Shown: positions 23,201-27,027, numbered from the stretch's first letter. The stretch is DNA of 64,000 bases from an uncultured Bacteroidales bacterium (GCA_903864265.1 CAIPFN010000157.1:687-64686); one strand, 5' to 3'. Made by a program: numbers and translations. The notes: a model not told the origin generated them from the sequence alone.

Positions 23201-23834
23201 CTATGGCTGTACCGCTGCCACTCCAAAGCAGTTTAATGTAATGGTAAATCCTTCGCCTGTGCCATCTATCATTGGCAGCAGTTCATGTTGCATCAATGCG
23301 AATGCAGTGTACTCTACAGTTCCTCTGCAATCGAACTATGTTTGGACAATCTCTCCCGACGGAATTATTAATAGTGGACAGGGAACCCGAACGGTGAATG
23401 TAATGTGGACATCTGCAGGAGCACATTGGATCGGGCTTAATTACACTAACGCCAGCGGCTGTTCGGCTCCATCGCCAAGTATTATGAATGTGACCGTGAA
23501 TACATGCAAGTCAGATGGCTTAGGGTCTGATTCTGTCAGCAATATCAATGCTCTGAATCCTCCTCTCGGCGGGTCCGATAAGTTTGACCTGAATGTCTAT
23601 CCGAACCCGAATGACGGTTCGTTTACAGCCATTATTTCAGTGCCTGAACCGGGTACTTACAGTCTGCAGCTCTATAGCAGCCTGGGTGTGATGGTCTACG
23701 AACTGAAAGATCTCTATGTGAAGGGGACCATCAGGCAGAAGATAGAAGTCAGGTATGTGGCTAATAGTATTTACACTCTTGTTTTAACTAACAAGGATCA
23801 GTCAATTCAAAAGAAGGTCTTAATCAGGAAATAA
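5292..23834 (+). CDS. giant (6,180 aa) modular cell-surface protein, T9SS cargo (adhesin-like)
   Basis: Uninterrupted 18,543-nt ORF. ATG 5292 is followed by signal peptide MKRILHFSTTLLFLFAFLNSINAQ. The body is built from repeated GEVED-like, FN3-like, PKD/Ig-like, CARDB-like and SprB-repeat-like modules. The last ~80 aa (..LNVYPNPNDGSFTAII..LQLYSSLGVMVYEL..) fit the type-A T9SS C-terminal sorting domain pattern. Confidence 0.9.
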   Translation: MKRILHFSTTLLFLFAFLNSINAQYCTPTFTNGCEGGQGITSFQFGTINQTPIPCTGTPNYYQDFTSISTDLAMNGIYDIAVQTANNGTYISVWIDYNSDQTFDNGSELALQFFCMYAGTTSTSLTIPSSATTGSTRLRIVASTFSYPIDPCSDPGPGNCSDYSVNIIDPVSPPSVNTLAATGITALSAVLNGTINANDNFTHAVFNYGTGLSYGINVTGSPWILTGSSNMDVAASISGLIPNTTYHFETVGYGSGGYVSGGDMEFTTLSIPPTVSTEPATNVSGVSAMLNGLVNANNLASGVTFEYGLDDTYGTTVDGNPSTLSGYTPQLVTYYLSGLDMNTTYHYRVVSSNSEGVTPGADMTFTTLPTLYCMPVFSTGCNTYEIGLTYFELNTISQTIPCSGTPSYYHDYTSLSTDLAMNGYYSISVQEGGVYGASVTVWIDFNQNNVFDGPAEVVGNGYCAGSSSAVIQIAVPASVPTGATRLRIMASYFGYPVNPCGTYDYGNCSDFTVNITDPLTPPSVNTLAATGVSATEAVLNGTVNANDYATQVEFHYGLDLSYGNVIQGIPGTITGNSNTDVSAALTGLIPNATYHFEAVGFGPGGYVSGGDLMFTTFALLPDATTGSATYIAGSYATLNGTVNANNSLTDIYFEYGLDDTYGTTVAGNPSSYSGFSIQNVSAQITGLELNTTYHYRIVGSNAEGTSTGADMTFTTLNIPYCIPTYSTGCESYNIGLTYFGLNTISQAITCAGTPSYYHDFTASSTDLAKNGYYTVSVTAGYGYPAYPTSLTVWIDYNHDNVFDPATETIGSVNCYGIGTTYTFPFTVSASALTGPAGLRAMTSYSGYPTDPCGYNSYGNCSDFTVNILDPVNPPSITTLGATGISPGGAVLNGAANANDNLTQLEFHYGLDTGYGNIAAAVPSSVAGNSNTDVSASISGLTPNTTYNYALIGFGAGGYIIGDNMAFTTNGIPPSVTTLSATSISGISATLNGTVNANNLPSTVSFEYGLTDSYGSAIAGNPSDVSGFYSQAITSALTGLALNTTYHYRINSTNSAGTSYGSDMTFSTLPTTYCIPVYSTGCNSYNIGLTYFGLNTIAQTISCAGSPNYYHDFTSTSTDLAKNGYYSLSVTEGGYSVYYRIWIDYNHNNVFDVATEQIGQGYCSGGTTSTIYFTVPSTVPTGATRIRVMSRYSYYGYPSDPCSLSEIYGNCSDFTVNIIDPLAAPSVTTLAATGITTSGGILNGTVNANGISTSVIFHYGTSLSYGNTIAGVPGTLSGNSNTDVAATLTGLLPNTTYNYEVVGYGAGGYVSGGNMTFTTGAIPPTVTTTYATNVSGTTATLMGTVNANYLSSDVTFEYGLTTSYGTTVLGTPTPVTGGSPVGVSGFVSGLDQGATYHYRTVGTNTSGVATGTDATFTTLSPTTTQAVTSDIPVGTTNQQIIGIEIPNLSPSNSVTVTSFTFNTNGCTQVSDLSRARLYSTGTSGVFSTALQFGSDVTSFGALGSSFVITGSRALSSGNNYFWLTYDIPSGATAGDVVDAECTSVMAGGSSLEPAITAPAGTRTLTSVKFLNSLAVTQASTAAVQKSSTDNEILMLDFNVGGSTATLPLNSILVTNTGFDSDIAAGGVKLYLTSSPVFATTNPLGTAQSFVSGTATFSALSFDLPTGHTYVWITYDIAAGAIGYHTVDAKITQNAIDVQGLLYPPTEQNPAGSRYVAVAPHALPFTEDAWATIPPTDWNKIGGSWYKSSTSYSGGTSPELRLSYSGANAGDKMITPPLITTGLPYLVLRFKYFLDDYGVGCTLRVQSSSNGSTWTNEAWSRASVNNQNYGPFDVVTTISSNLSGGNTQVAFDVEGNPYYIDNWYIDNVKISAPEPPTVTTAAVTSVTPNTAVSGGTVLDDAANAVTARGICWGTSLNPTLSDNFTTDGSGLGTFVSNLSGLVPGNTYHVRAYATNGIGTAYGADLSFTPAPPPTVTTTAATGLTGTEAVLNGIINANLGSVAVSFDYGLTVSYGSSVAGVPTTVTGSTDTPVSANLSGLQPNTTYHFRAKGLPAGGVAVYGDDFTFTTLAIPPTVATLAATYISGVSAVLNGTVIANNATSAVSFEYGLTTSYGSTIAGVPPGITGNTVQSAAVTVLGLAMNTTYHFRIVSTNAGGTSYGDDMSFTTLITPYCIPAYTTGCNSYNIGITHFELSSINQAVTCTGTPNYYHDFTSSSADLYQNGAYVISVTGGYWDTYVTVWIDYNQNNVFDGASEVAGHVYMTNPGATYTIPFTVSTASSTGPTRLRAMSNYYWPSYNYPADPCILTETYGNCSDFTVNILSPLTPPTVTTNAASGITATESVLNSTVNANGNPTNAVFKWGLTASYGNSVTGVPAVVTGTTDTPVTASLSGLTPNTTYHFQAVAWGIGGTVNGSDVTFATTAIPPTVVTGTTSNIQMTIATLSGTVNPNNLSSTVSFEYGLTTAYGSTISASPSSLAGYSVQSVTGSLTGLTLNTLYHYRIVSTNSAGTSVGDDMTFTSAPTLYCIPYFSTGCNTYSIGLTYFGLNTISQTISCSGSPSYYHNYYPTSTDLNKNGNYSISIAEGGGYGIDVTVWIDYNQNNVFDGGVELVGQGHCSGGSTATIPLTVYASALTGSTGLRILANYDGDGYVSNPCGSYSYGNCADFMVNILPAVTPPSVTTNAASSITAATAVLNATVNGNGNATNVIFNYGLTSSYGSTVAGSPSPVTGSTDIAVSASLTGLLANTLYHYQAVGSGIGGTVYGSDVTFTTAMIPPTVTTTAASAIAGVSAYLNGTVDPNNLPSSVSFEYGLTASYGTTVDGNPISVSGSGSQAVSAFITGLTMNTLYHYRVISTNSAGTSLGDDMTFTTLTTLYCIPSYQYGCSDPWYMGLTSVDLNTISQPIPCTGTPPYYHDYTSSSTDLALNGSYSLIVHAGGGYGIYINAWIDLNHNNYFDGAGEIVAQGHCNGGSSLTMTLTVPGTALTGATRIRVMSNYDGYGYPSDPCGWNYFGNAADFSVNIMSPGPPIVSTGVATDLNISSATLNGLVNPNYFSSTISFDYGLTASYGSSIAGTPSPLSGGVNTAITAALTGLTANTTYHFRISSTNSAGTSLGDDVTFTTTPTPVFIVSGGGTYCSNGSGLSVGLSGSDVNATYQLYKNAVAFGSTVSGTGNPLSWDNLSDGTYTIQAITSAGNTWMIGNAVISSYNNPVSVYIYASAYTICPGTSVTFTAYQSNGGATPAYQWVVNNVNVGSDSYQYSYIPNGGDEVKCILTSNIACPTGNPATSNTITITVSSPVPSISGSDVACAGSSGNSYSTEFGMSNYVWNVSAGGTITSGGNGYYYVTVTWNTTGAQTVSVNYTNGYSCTAATPTVKNVSVNVMPTPTISGSATVCAGSTGNIYTTESGMSGYSWAVSGGTITAGSGTSQITVTWNSSGAQTVSVNYSNGCTPASPTIYNVTVNPISTPTITGPVTACVNSSGNVYSTEPGMSSYNWSVSSGGTITAGGSSADNTVTVTWNASGSRSVHVSYTNTFSCGVSAPGVLNVTVNPLPVPTITGPTVICDIPSTVNTYTTEAGMTGYTWAVSAGGTVTAGGTAADNSITITWTALGAQSVSITYTSSNGCTPSGPMVKTVNVYALPVPAITGPATVCGIPSTGNLYYTETGMTGYSWTVSAGGTITSGSGHYIYVTWNTAGAKTVSVTYADHGCNPVSPTVKNVDVYDRPVPVITGPTAICGTPSPGNVYSTGAGMANYAWTVSGGAITAGSGTNSITVNWTSPGARTVRVTVTDGNGCTSNQVVYNVDVYALPIPFITGDASICEPPSAGHVYATQSGMTGYVWTVSAGGTVTAGGNASDNSITVTWTALGAQSVSVTYADVNSCVPASPTVKSVNVYNLPVPTITGPAPVCGIPSSGNFYHTEAGMTGYSWAVSAGGTITSGGSGNYIYVTWNTAGAQTVSVTYADHGCNPVSPTVKNVDVFAKPLPTITGPAIICGTPSPGNVYVTEAGWVNYSWIVSGGTITAGSGTNSITVNWTSPGARSVRVAVTDGNGCTSDQAVYNVDVYALPVPVINGDASICAPPSAGHVYTTQAGMTGYAWNISAGGIINSGQGTNTIDVTWNTVGSQTVDVTYTDTHGCTAASPSVKHVSVDLYFPVSITIAASANPICTGSYVTFTATPVNGGSSPVYQWIVNGINEGWNSSTYWYIPVNGDVVSCVLNSSVLCATNDPATSNAITMIVNTHPDVPVSGGDITVCSTTLPALLSATAPAGSTVDWYHYASGGGVLLSNSSVYSTSSAGSYYAESRDLVTGCTSTSRTLVNLTINAAVQYFIDLDGDGYGNPEVSVMACAQPSGYVTNSLDCNDNNANINPGAQYLAYTGNVGFTNSIVSPTTGSPYTLFHFEADYFDANNALPGAGYPRLILDYEGNGSYTDANDRTVIMTAADPTDLTTSNGKRYFVEVNGLTYGTNWKARIIVSDGVNCTTTFGPFDYPDVLHEPNLYLFANDLSFSVPHPDPAQNITVSAVVHNESDFDAQNFVCHLINQWDTLIVYPDVTVANLPAHQSTTVQWNITTPAVPAWCPMQVKVDYTNVINENNELDNSAVRPFVNGNYQIAGRIVVQSQVSPAVSYSNQYYYLSLSGRAWYTDLAVQLTDSTVAGATVDFTILETGATYTGYTNSWGYFNIYFPAPLPPGVYHIMASVTDFTLTGDFTNEFTILPPIIPITKPNLTLAYCHSVDVQPVNPTYDPANPADVTLLAHVVNNGNATAIGPIEVRFTYSTGGTWLAQYNGDLAAGHSVNISTTAPVPPPTATQLVAYVDPNDLVPEWNESDWDNSSIDNMCYDFQPVGICGGNFWGTHCVNTSTSIYVGVNVYHLYDANPLDVKFEVSGPGISGWQNLGTGTLNNLTRNCYCPYVVGIPDQFTFAEVGVYTFRMTVDPDNVYPECDEDNNVLIVTVNSISCLPPETKPNLAFYGCYGLQVRPINPFYPGTATLVANIINNGNAVAVGPIDVQFTYSEGTFTGTYNGNLSPGQTAAVTVTAPLPVPATTILTAFIDPANTVDEWSETDNTASDNMCWEFQPVPHCGINFWSHTYIVGQSATLAVGLNVQHLYDANPVRVKFEVSGPGIVGTQNLGFGSLNNVSRNCWCPWVVVLPMPFTFFEAGVYHFTMTADPDNVYAECDESNNVMEVDVSVLDGADMRILSQFINPTPLNPGVNDSVSLIVTYENIGNSNVNDAMKLRVKVDNTVLDDIYPVYGLATGDHASVAIPTKWASSLPGAHVIRAIIDADNQVPEINESNNEATRAIIVGECANLYFQLFASSNSNPAQGGNIFINSRIGNNGDVNATANVKFYYIGDANDTIPIGQTPISVFAHDSTTIIMPWVVADNTTTIIGKIVDVNVQEFNPDDNVATAILGGFTISLTPVSACNNENNGTLTAEATGGSAPYLYIWSNGYIGATLTAGPGTYSVTVTDNVGLSKSASGTIGEFAPIVPTISGPAIASSGSTGNVYTTESGMHGYAWAVSAGGTITGGGTATDHSVVVTWNGGGAQNVSVNYLTPHGCTALAATNYAVTVNEIPVPAIFGPDSACASSTGNTYLTENGMHDYSWTVSAGGVITAGGTASSNFAVVTWNTPGIQTVSVSYTNPDGYTAASPTNYPVTVLPHPVPTITGPVEVCVNSTGNVYTTEAGMSGYVWTVSAGGTITGGGVPSGNSITVTWLSAGSRTVSVSYTDTYGCVTATPTIKNVMVDPLPAAVAGNNRGICLNSSTTLGAAPVAGSTYSWTSNPEGFSSNLANPTVSPQVNTIYTVIETNTNTGCVNSHSVLVKVNAIPAAVAGAPRAICKYTSTTIGAPPVAGSIYSWTSVPVGFSSPLANPTVTPLVTTTYTVLQTAIATGCSNSNSVVVTVIPIPVPTLTGPTPVCNKSTANTYTTEPSMNNYVWTIPAGAIVTAGGTTSDNYVTLTWNSTGLRTIKVNYSNSYGCTAATPKQFNVMVNPSPVPSIIGSSSCCINANAVYSTVPLQSNYVWTISPDGIINSGQGTRTVNVMWTSAGAHWIGLNYTNASGCSAPSPSIMNVTVNTCKSDGLGSDSVSNINALNPPLGGSDKFDLNVYPNPNDGSFTAIISVPEPGTYSLQLYSSLGVMVYELKDLYVKGTIRQKIEVRYVANSIYTLVLTNKDQSIQKKVLIRK
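5364..9548 (+). repeat. four tandem coding supermodules (period ~1,041-1,056 bp)
   Basis: Units start at 5364, 6405, 7449 and 8505 (codons YC.P). Each unit is a Cys-rich GEVED-like domain (YC.P....GC ... C.G.P.YY.D.T ... WIDYN.N..FD ... DPC...YGNCSDF.VNI) followed by two ~100-aa FN3-like modules (..LNGTVNAN...V.FEYGL...YG....NTTYH(Y/F)....FTT). Confidence 0.85.
11799..14650 (+). repeat. three further supermodules of the same type
   Basis: Units start at 11799, 12858 and 13908. The last unit has only one FN3-like module, and its terminal motif is GNAADFSVNI rather than GNCSDF.VNI. Confidence 0.85.
15171..17729 (+). repeat. ten tandem ~84-88-aa PKD/Ig-like coding modules with a nested ~770-bp higher-order repeat
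   Basis: Module starts are ~15171, 15430, 15672, 15932, 16195, 16449, 16701, 16965, 17219 and 17471. The consensus is P.P.I.G...C......Y.T..GM..Y.W.VS.GG.I..G......V.W...G...V.V.Y....C.......V.V. Modules 5/6/7 closely match modules 8/9/10 at a ~770-nt offset. Confidence 0.85.
19422..20850 (+). repeat. two tandem ~243-aa units, each a pair of CARDB-like domains
   Basis: Units start at 19422 (LPPIIPITKPNLTLAYC..) and 20151 (CLPPETKPNLAFYGC..). Both contain ..NNGNA.A.GPI.V.FTYS.., ..DNMC..FQPV..CG.NFW.. and end ..DPDNVY.ECDE.NNV... The domain endings E.NE.NN/ECDE.NN are typical of CARDB. Confidence 0.75.
21731..23507 (+). repeat. second array: 3 PKD/Ig-like modules, 2 x ~79-aa modules, then 2 more PKD/Ig-like modules
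   Basis: PKD-like starts are ~21731, 21993 and 22254. The PLPAAVAG../AIPAAVAG.. pair starts at 22514 and 22751 (237-nt period). Two more PKD-like modules start at 22988 and 23260. A single SprB-repeat-like module precedes the array (CNNENNGTLTAEATGGSAPYLYIWSNG.., ~21514-21730). Confidence 0.8.
23580..23831 (+). other. T9SS C-terminal sorting domain (type-A-like) of the giant protein
   Basis: KFDLNVYPNPNDGSFTAIISVPEPGTYSLQLYSSLGVMVYELKDLYVKG...YTLVLTNKDQSIQKKVLIRK. This is the beta-sandwich CTD pattern (YPNP..G, ..v.iy...G..v). Confidence 0.75.
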
Positions 23835-23852
23835 CAAAGAATAAGGGAAAAA

Positions 23853-23891
23853 TCCAGGTGGTTGAAATGCAATTGCTTTCAACTGCCTGGA
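23853..23891 (+). other. imperfect stem-loop between the giant ORF and the GLUG gene
   Basis: TCCAGGtgGTTGAAA-tgcaattgc-TTTCAACtgCCTGGA gives 6 + 7 bp with a 2x2 internal mismatch. It starts 19 nt after the stop. No T tract follows, so it is not a canonical terminator. Confidence 0.35.
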
Positions 23892-23964
23892 TGAAGTACC
23901 GGGATCCTGGTTGATCAGAGAAGAGAAAGACAAACAATTGCAGCAAATCCTTAAACTAAAAAAA

Positions 23965-26649
23965 ATGAAAAGAAACATTCCAAACTTATTGAAAATGCTA
24001 TTCGCCCTTTTGATATTGGGCTGGAGTAGTGACATGAAGGCCCAGACTTATTCAGGCGGCAGTGGCACTAATGTGGACCCTTACCAGGTAAATTCACTTA
24101 CCGACCTTGTTTATCTCAGCGCTCACAGTACCGATTGGGGATTATATTTCAGGCAAACTGCCGATCTGGTTTTTCCAGGCCCCAACACAGGTGATGGTTT
24201 CTCCCCTATTGGTGATGCAGCAACTATGTTTACCGGGGAATATAACGGAGATGGCCACACGGTTTCAAATCTTTATATCAACCGACCCCTTACTGATGAT
24301 GTTGGTTTATTTGGATACAGTGTGGGCGTGGTGAAAAACCTTGGGTTACTTAATGTTGATATTACCGGGCAAAATGATGTAGGGGCCCTTGGGGGTACCT
24401 TGATTTCGGCCGATAATTGCTATACAACCGGTAGCGTAAATGGTGATTATTATGTAGGAGGACTTGGTGGCTATACTTCAAACAGTAATAATAGTCATTC
24501 AACTTGCAGTGTAACTGGGACTATTCATGTTGGTGGGTTTGCCGGATATAATTTAGGGAATTTAAACCGTTGTTATGCCTCAGGTACCGTAAGTGGTAAT
24601 TCCGGCAGCAGTAATGTCGGAGGTTTTGTCGGGTATAATAATTCAGCCGCTATAACAAATTGTTATTCAACAGGAAATGTATCGGGAACTTTGAATGCTA
24701 TCGGTGGTTTTGTAGGATATAATTATGGTTCGGGGACTATCCTGAACTGTTACGCTACCGGAAACGTGACAGGCGATACCTATGTGGGCGGGCTTGTCGG
24801 GGGAATTGATAATGCTTCGACGGTGCAGTTTAGCTTTTCAAAAGGACATGTTACCGGGAATACGGCAAAAGGTGGACTGGTAGGCTGGTTAGATGCAGGA
24901 GGCATTGTTGAAACCAGTTTCTGGGATATAGGAACATCAGGACTGGCAACAAGCGCTGGGGGCACCGGAAAAACCACCGACGAAATGAAAAAGGTAGGCA
25001 CCTATTTATCAGATCCCAGTTTGGTTATTCCATGGGATTATACCTTGTCCGGGGATAACTGGGCGTTTAACGAAACGGATAATGGCGGCTATCCTTTCCT
25101 CCGTTTCGAAACCCATGTGCCCGCTTATATCTGGCTTGGGACTTCTTCAACGGACTGGTCTGTACCTGCCAACTGGAGTGAGGAAGCGGTGCCGGGGACT
25201 ACAGAAAATGTTATTTTCCCTTCTGTAGGAAGTGAGCCGGCCGTCAGTGGTGGAACCGTGGTTGCAGGGAAAGTCACTATTGAGTCGGATGGGGTTCTCA
25301 CCATAGCCGGTGACGGTAAATTAACCGTAACCGGAACTCTGGTCAACAAGGCAGGCCCTTCGGGACTGGTAATAAATTCAGGCGGCTCGCTTATCGATAA
25401 TACTCCCGCTGTGTCGGCAACCGTGAACAGGGATGTGAATGATCTGAGTGATGACAGATGGCATTTATTTATCTCACCACTTACCACTTCACTTCAGGCT
25501 ACGGCAGCTTCCTGTTTTAACGGTGCGTATCTCGACCGGTATAATGAGCCCTCCGGTGAATGGGTGCGTCTTCTGACCGATGATTTTGTGACTGCCGGAA
25601 CAGGCTATTCGCTCAACTACCTGGCAGGGGTTAAACAATTAGTATTCCCGGGTTCGTTGAAATCAAGCCCGGTTGAGTTTTCAGCTTTAAGTTATACCCC
25701 AGGAGCACCCGGGTACCTGGAAGGCTGGAATCTGATAGGCAATCCGTATCCCTGCGGAATCGATCCCGCATTATGCGCTGTTCCTACGGGGATGAACGCT
25801 TTTGCCTACCTATGGGATGGGGCAGCCGGGAATTATACCACTCTGTCCATTGGCTCAAATACTATCCCCGGCGCCATTGCCTCCTTGCAGGGCTTTTTCG
25901 TACGTACGAACTCCGCAACAAACTCTCTTACGCTTGCCAATGACGCTAAAACGCATTCGGGTACCTTCTTAAAAGGGGGTACTATCGTTCCTGAAATGCT
26001 GAAGTTAAAGATAAACGGGAACGGCTACTCCGACGAAGCTTACATTCGTTTCATCAATTCGGCTACTTCAGCCTTCGACCAGCAGTATGATGCGTACAAA
26101 ATGGCTGGCAAGGATGAAGCTCCGCAATTGTATTCCATGTTGACTGGCGAAAAGGCTGCCGTTAATGCACTTCCATCCATTGAATCTAATGCAGATGTAT
26201 CACTGGGACTGAAGGTTGGAACTGATGCCAGCTATACCCTTACGGTGAGTGGGATCGAAAGTTTTGATGCTTCAACTCCATTGTTGCTGGAAGATCTGAA
26301 AACCAATACCACCCAGGACCTGAGAAAAAATGCTACCTATACCTTCAACGCTGCGCCATCTGAAACTGAAAACCGCTTTGTACTGCATTTTAAAAAGACC
26401 AATGGCATTGACGAAACAACAGGCAGTATGTTTAACATTTACAGCAACCGGCATACGGTCTATATTAGCAACCCCAAAAACCTGCAAGGCAGCGTTGAGA
26501 TATACGACATCACCGGCCGTATGCTGCGGAATGCGCCGCTTACCGGAAACGTCTTAGATCAGATTGATGTTCTTAATTATACTGGCAGTATGCTTGTGAA
26601 AGTGTTAACTGTAAAGGCTATAACTACGGAGAAAGTATTTGTAAACTAA
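23965..26649 (+). CDS. GLUG-repeat surface protein with T9SS-like C-terminal domain (894 aa)
   Basis: The ORF-track start (23911) is a TTG. ATG 23965 yields signal peptide MKRNIPNLLKMLFALLILGWSSDMKAQ. GLUG-type repeats lie at ~24300-24900 (VGALGGT, VGGLGGY, VGGFAGYN, VGGFVGYN, IGGFVGYN, VGGLVGG, KGGLVGW). The C-terminal ~75 aa (..VEIYDITGRMLRNAP..MLVKVLT..) resemble a T9SS CTD. Confidence 0.85.
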   Translation: MKRNIPNLLKMLFALLILGWSSDMKAQTYSGGSGTNVDPYQVNSLTDLVYLSAHSTDWGLYFRQTADLVFPGPNTGDGFSPIGDAATMFTGEYNGDGHTVSNLYINRPLTDDVGLFGYSVGVVKNLGLLNVDITGQNDVGALGGTLISADNCYTTGSVNGDYYVGGLGGYTSNSNNSHSTCSVTGTIHVGGFAGYNLGNLNRCYASGTVSGNSGSSNVGGFVGYNNSAAITNCYSTGNVSGTLNAIGGFVGYNYGSGTILNCYATGNVTGDTYVGGLVGGIDNASTVQFSFSKGHVTGNTAKGGLVGWLDAGGIVETSFWDIGTSGLATSAGGTGKTTDEMKKVGTYLSDPSLVIPWDYTLSGDNWAFNETDNGGYPFLRFETHVPAYIWLGTSSTDWSVPANWSEEAVPGTTENVIFPSVGSEPAVSGGTVVAGKVTIESDGVLTIAGDGKLTVTGTLVNKAGPSGLVINSGGSLIDNTPAVSATVNRDVNDLSDDRWHLFISPLTTSLQATAASCFNGAYLDRYNEPSGEWVRLLTDDFVTAGTGYSLNYLAGVKQLVFPGSLKSSPVEFSALSYTPGAPGYLEGWNLIGNPYPCGIDPALCAVPTGMNAFAYLWDGAAGNYTTLSIGSNTIPGAIASLQGFFVRTNSATNSLTLANDAKTHSGTFLKGGTIVPEMLKLKINGNGYSDEAYIRFINSATSAFDQQYDAYKMAGKDEAPQLYSMLTGEKAAVNALPSIESNADVSLGLKVGTDASYTLTVSGIESFDASTPLLLEDLKTNTTQDLRKNATYTFNAAPSETENRFVLHFKKTNGIDETTGSMFNIYSNRHTVYISNPKNLQGSVEIYDITGRMLRNAPLTGNVLDQIDVLNYTGSMLVKVLTVKAITTEKVFVN

Positions 26650-26665
26650 TAAAAACCACCATATT

Positions 26666-26905
26666 ATGAAAAAGACTTTTAAATTTTTAGCCCTTACAGT
26701 AGTATTTGTCACAGCCGGTTACCTGGCCCAGGCACAGCCGCACCCGGGTGAGCAAAACGGAGCAGGTTCTGTTTCCGGAGGCCGTATCGGATCGGGTCCG
26801 TCAGCCCCGATAGGGGATGGGCTGAGCATACTCTTGTTGTCGGCATTCGTTTTCGGAGGGTATAAGTTTTATCGCTCCCGTCGTGAGGCGTTAAGGATGG
26901 AATAA
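26666..26905 (+). CDS. 79-aa mini-protein: signal peptide + Gly/Ser/Pro linker + motif/TM helix/basic-cluster tail
   Basis: The ATG is 16 nt after the GLUG stop. Signal peptide MKKTFKFLALTVVFVTAGYLAQA, then linker PHPGEQNGAGSVSGGRIGSGPSA. The tail is PIGDG, a hydrophobic helix (LSILLLSAFVFGGYKFY) and RSRR. It lies inside the transcription unit closed by the terminator at 26987. Confidence 0.55.
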   Translation: MKKTFKFLALTVVFVTAGYLAQAQPHPGEQNGAGSVSGGRIGSGPSAPIGDGLSILLLSAFVFGGYKFYRSRREALRME

Positions 26906-26986
26906 TTTATAACGGCATCCATCAGATTTATTCATTTCATACTGAACCAGGGCAGGACACCTGCCTGGAGGCAGGCAAAACCCGGG

Positions 26987-27027
26987 AAAAGCATTTGCCA
27001 GTAATAACTACTGGTAAATGCTTTTTT
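26987..27027 (+). terminator. strong rho-independent terminator closing the giant/GLUG/mini-protein operon
   Basis: AAAAGCATTTGCCAGTA-ataac-TACTGGTAAATGCTTTT forms a 17-bp stem with one G.T wobble. It runs into a T6 tract (27022-27027). Confidence 0.8.

Noticed and set aside
23911-23964. TTG start given by the ORF track for the GLUG protein
   Set aside because: The 18 extra residues (MIREEKDKQLQQILKLKK) precede a perfect signal peptide that starts at ATG 23965. This segment is A-rich leader sequence.
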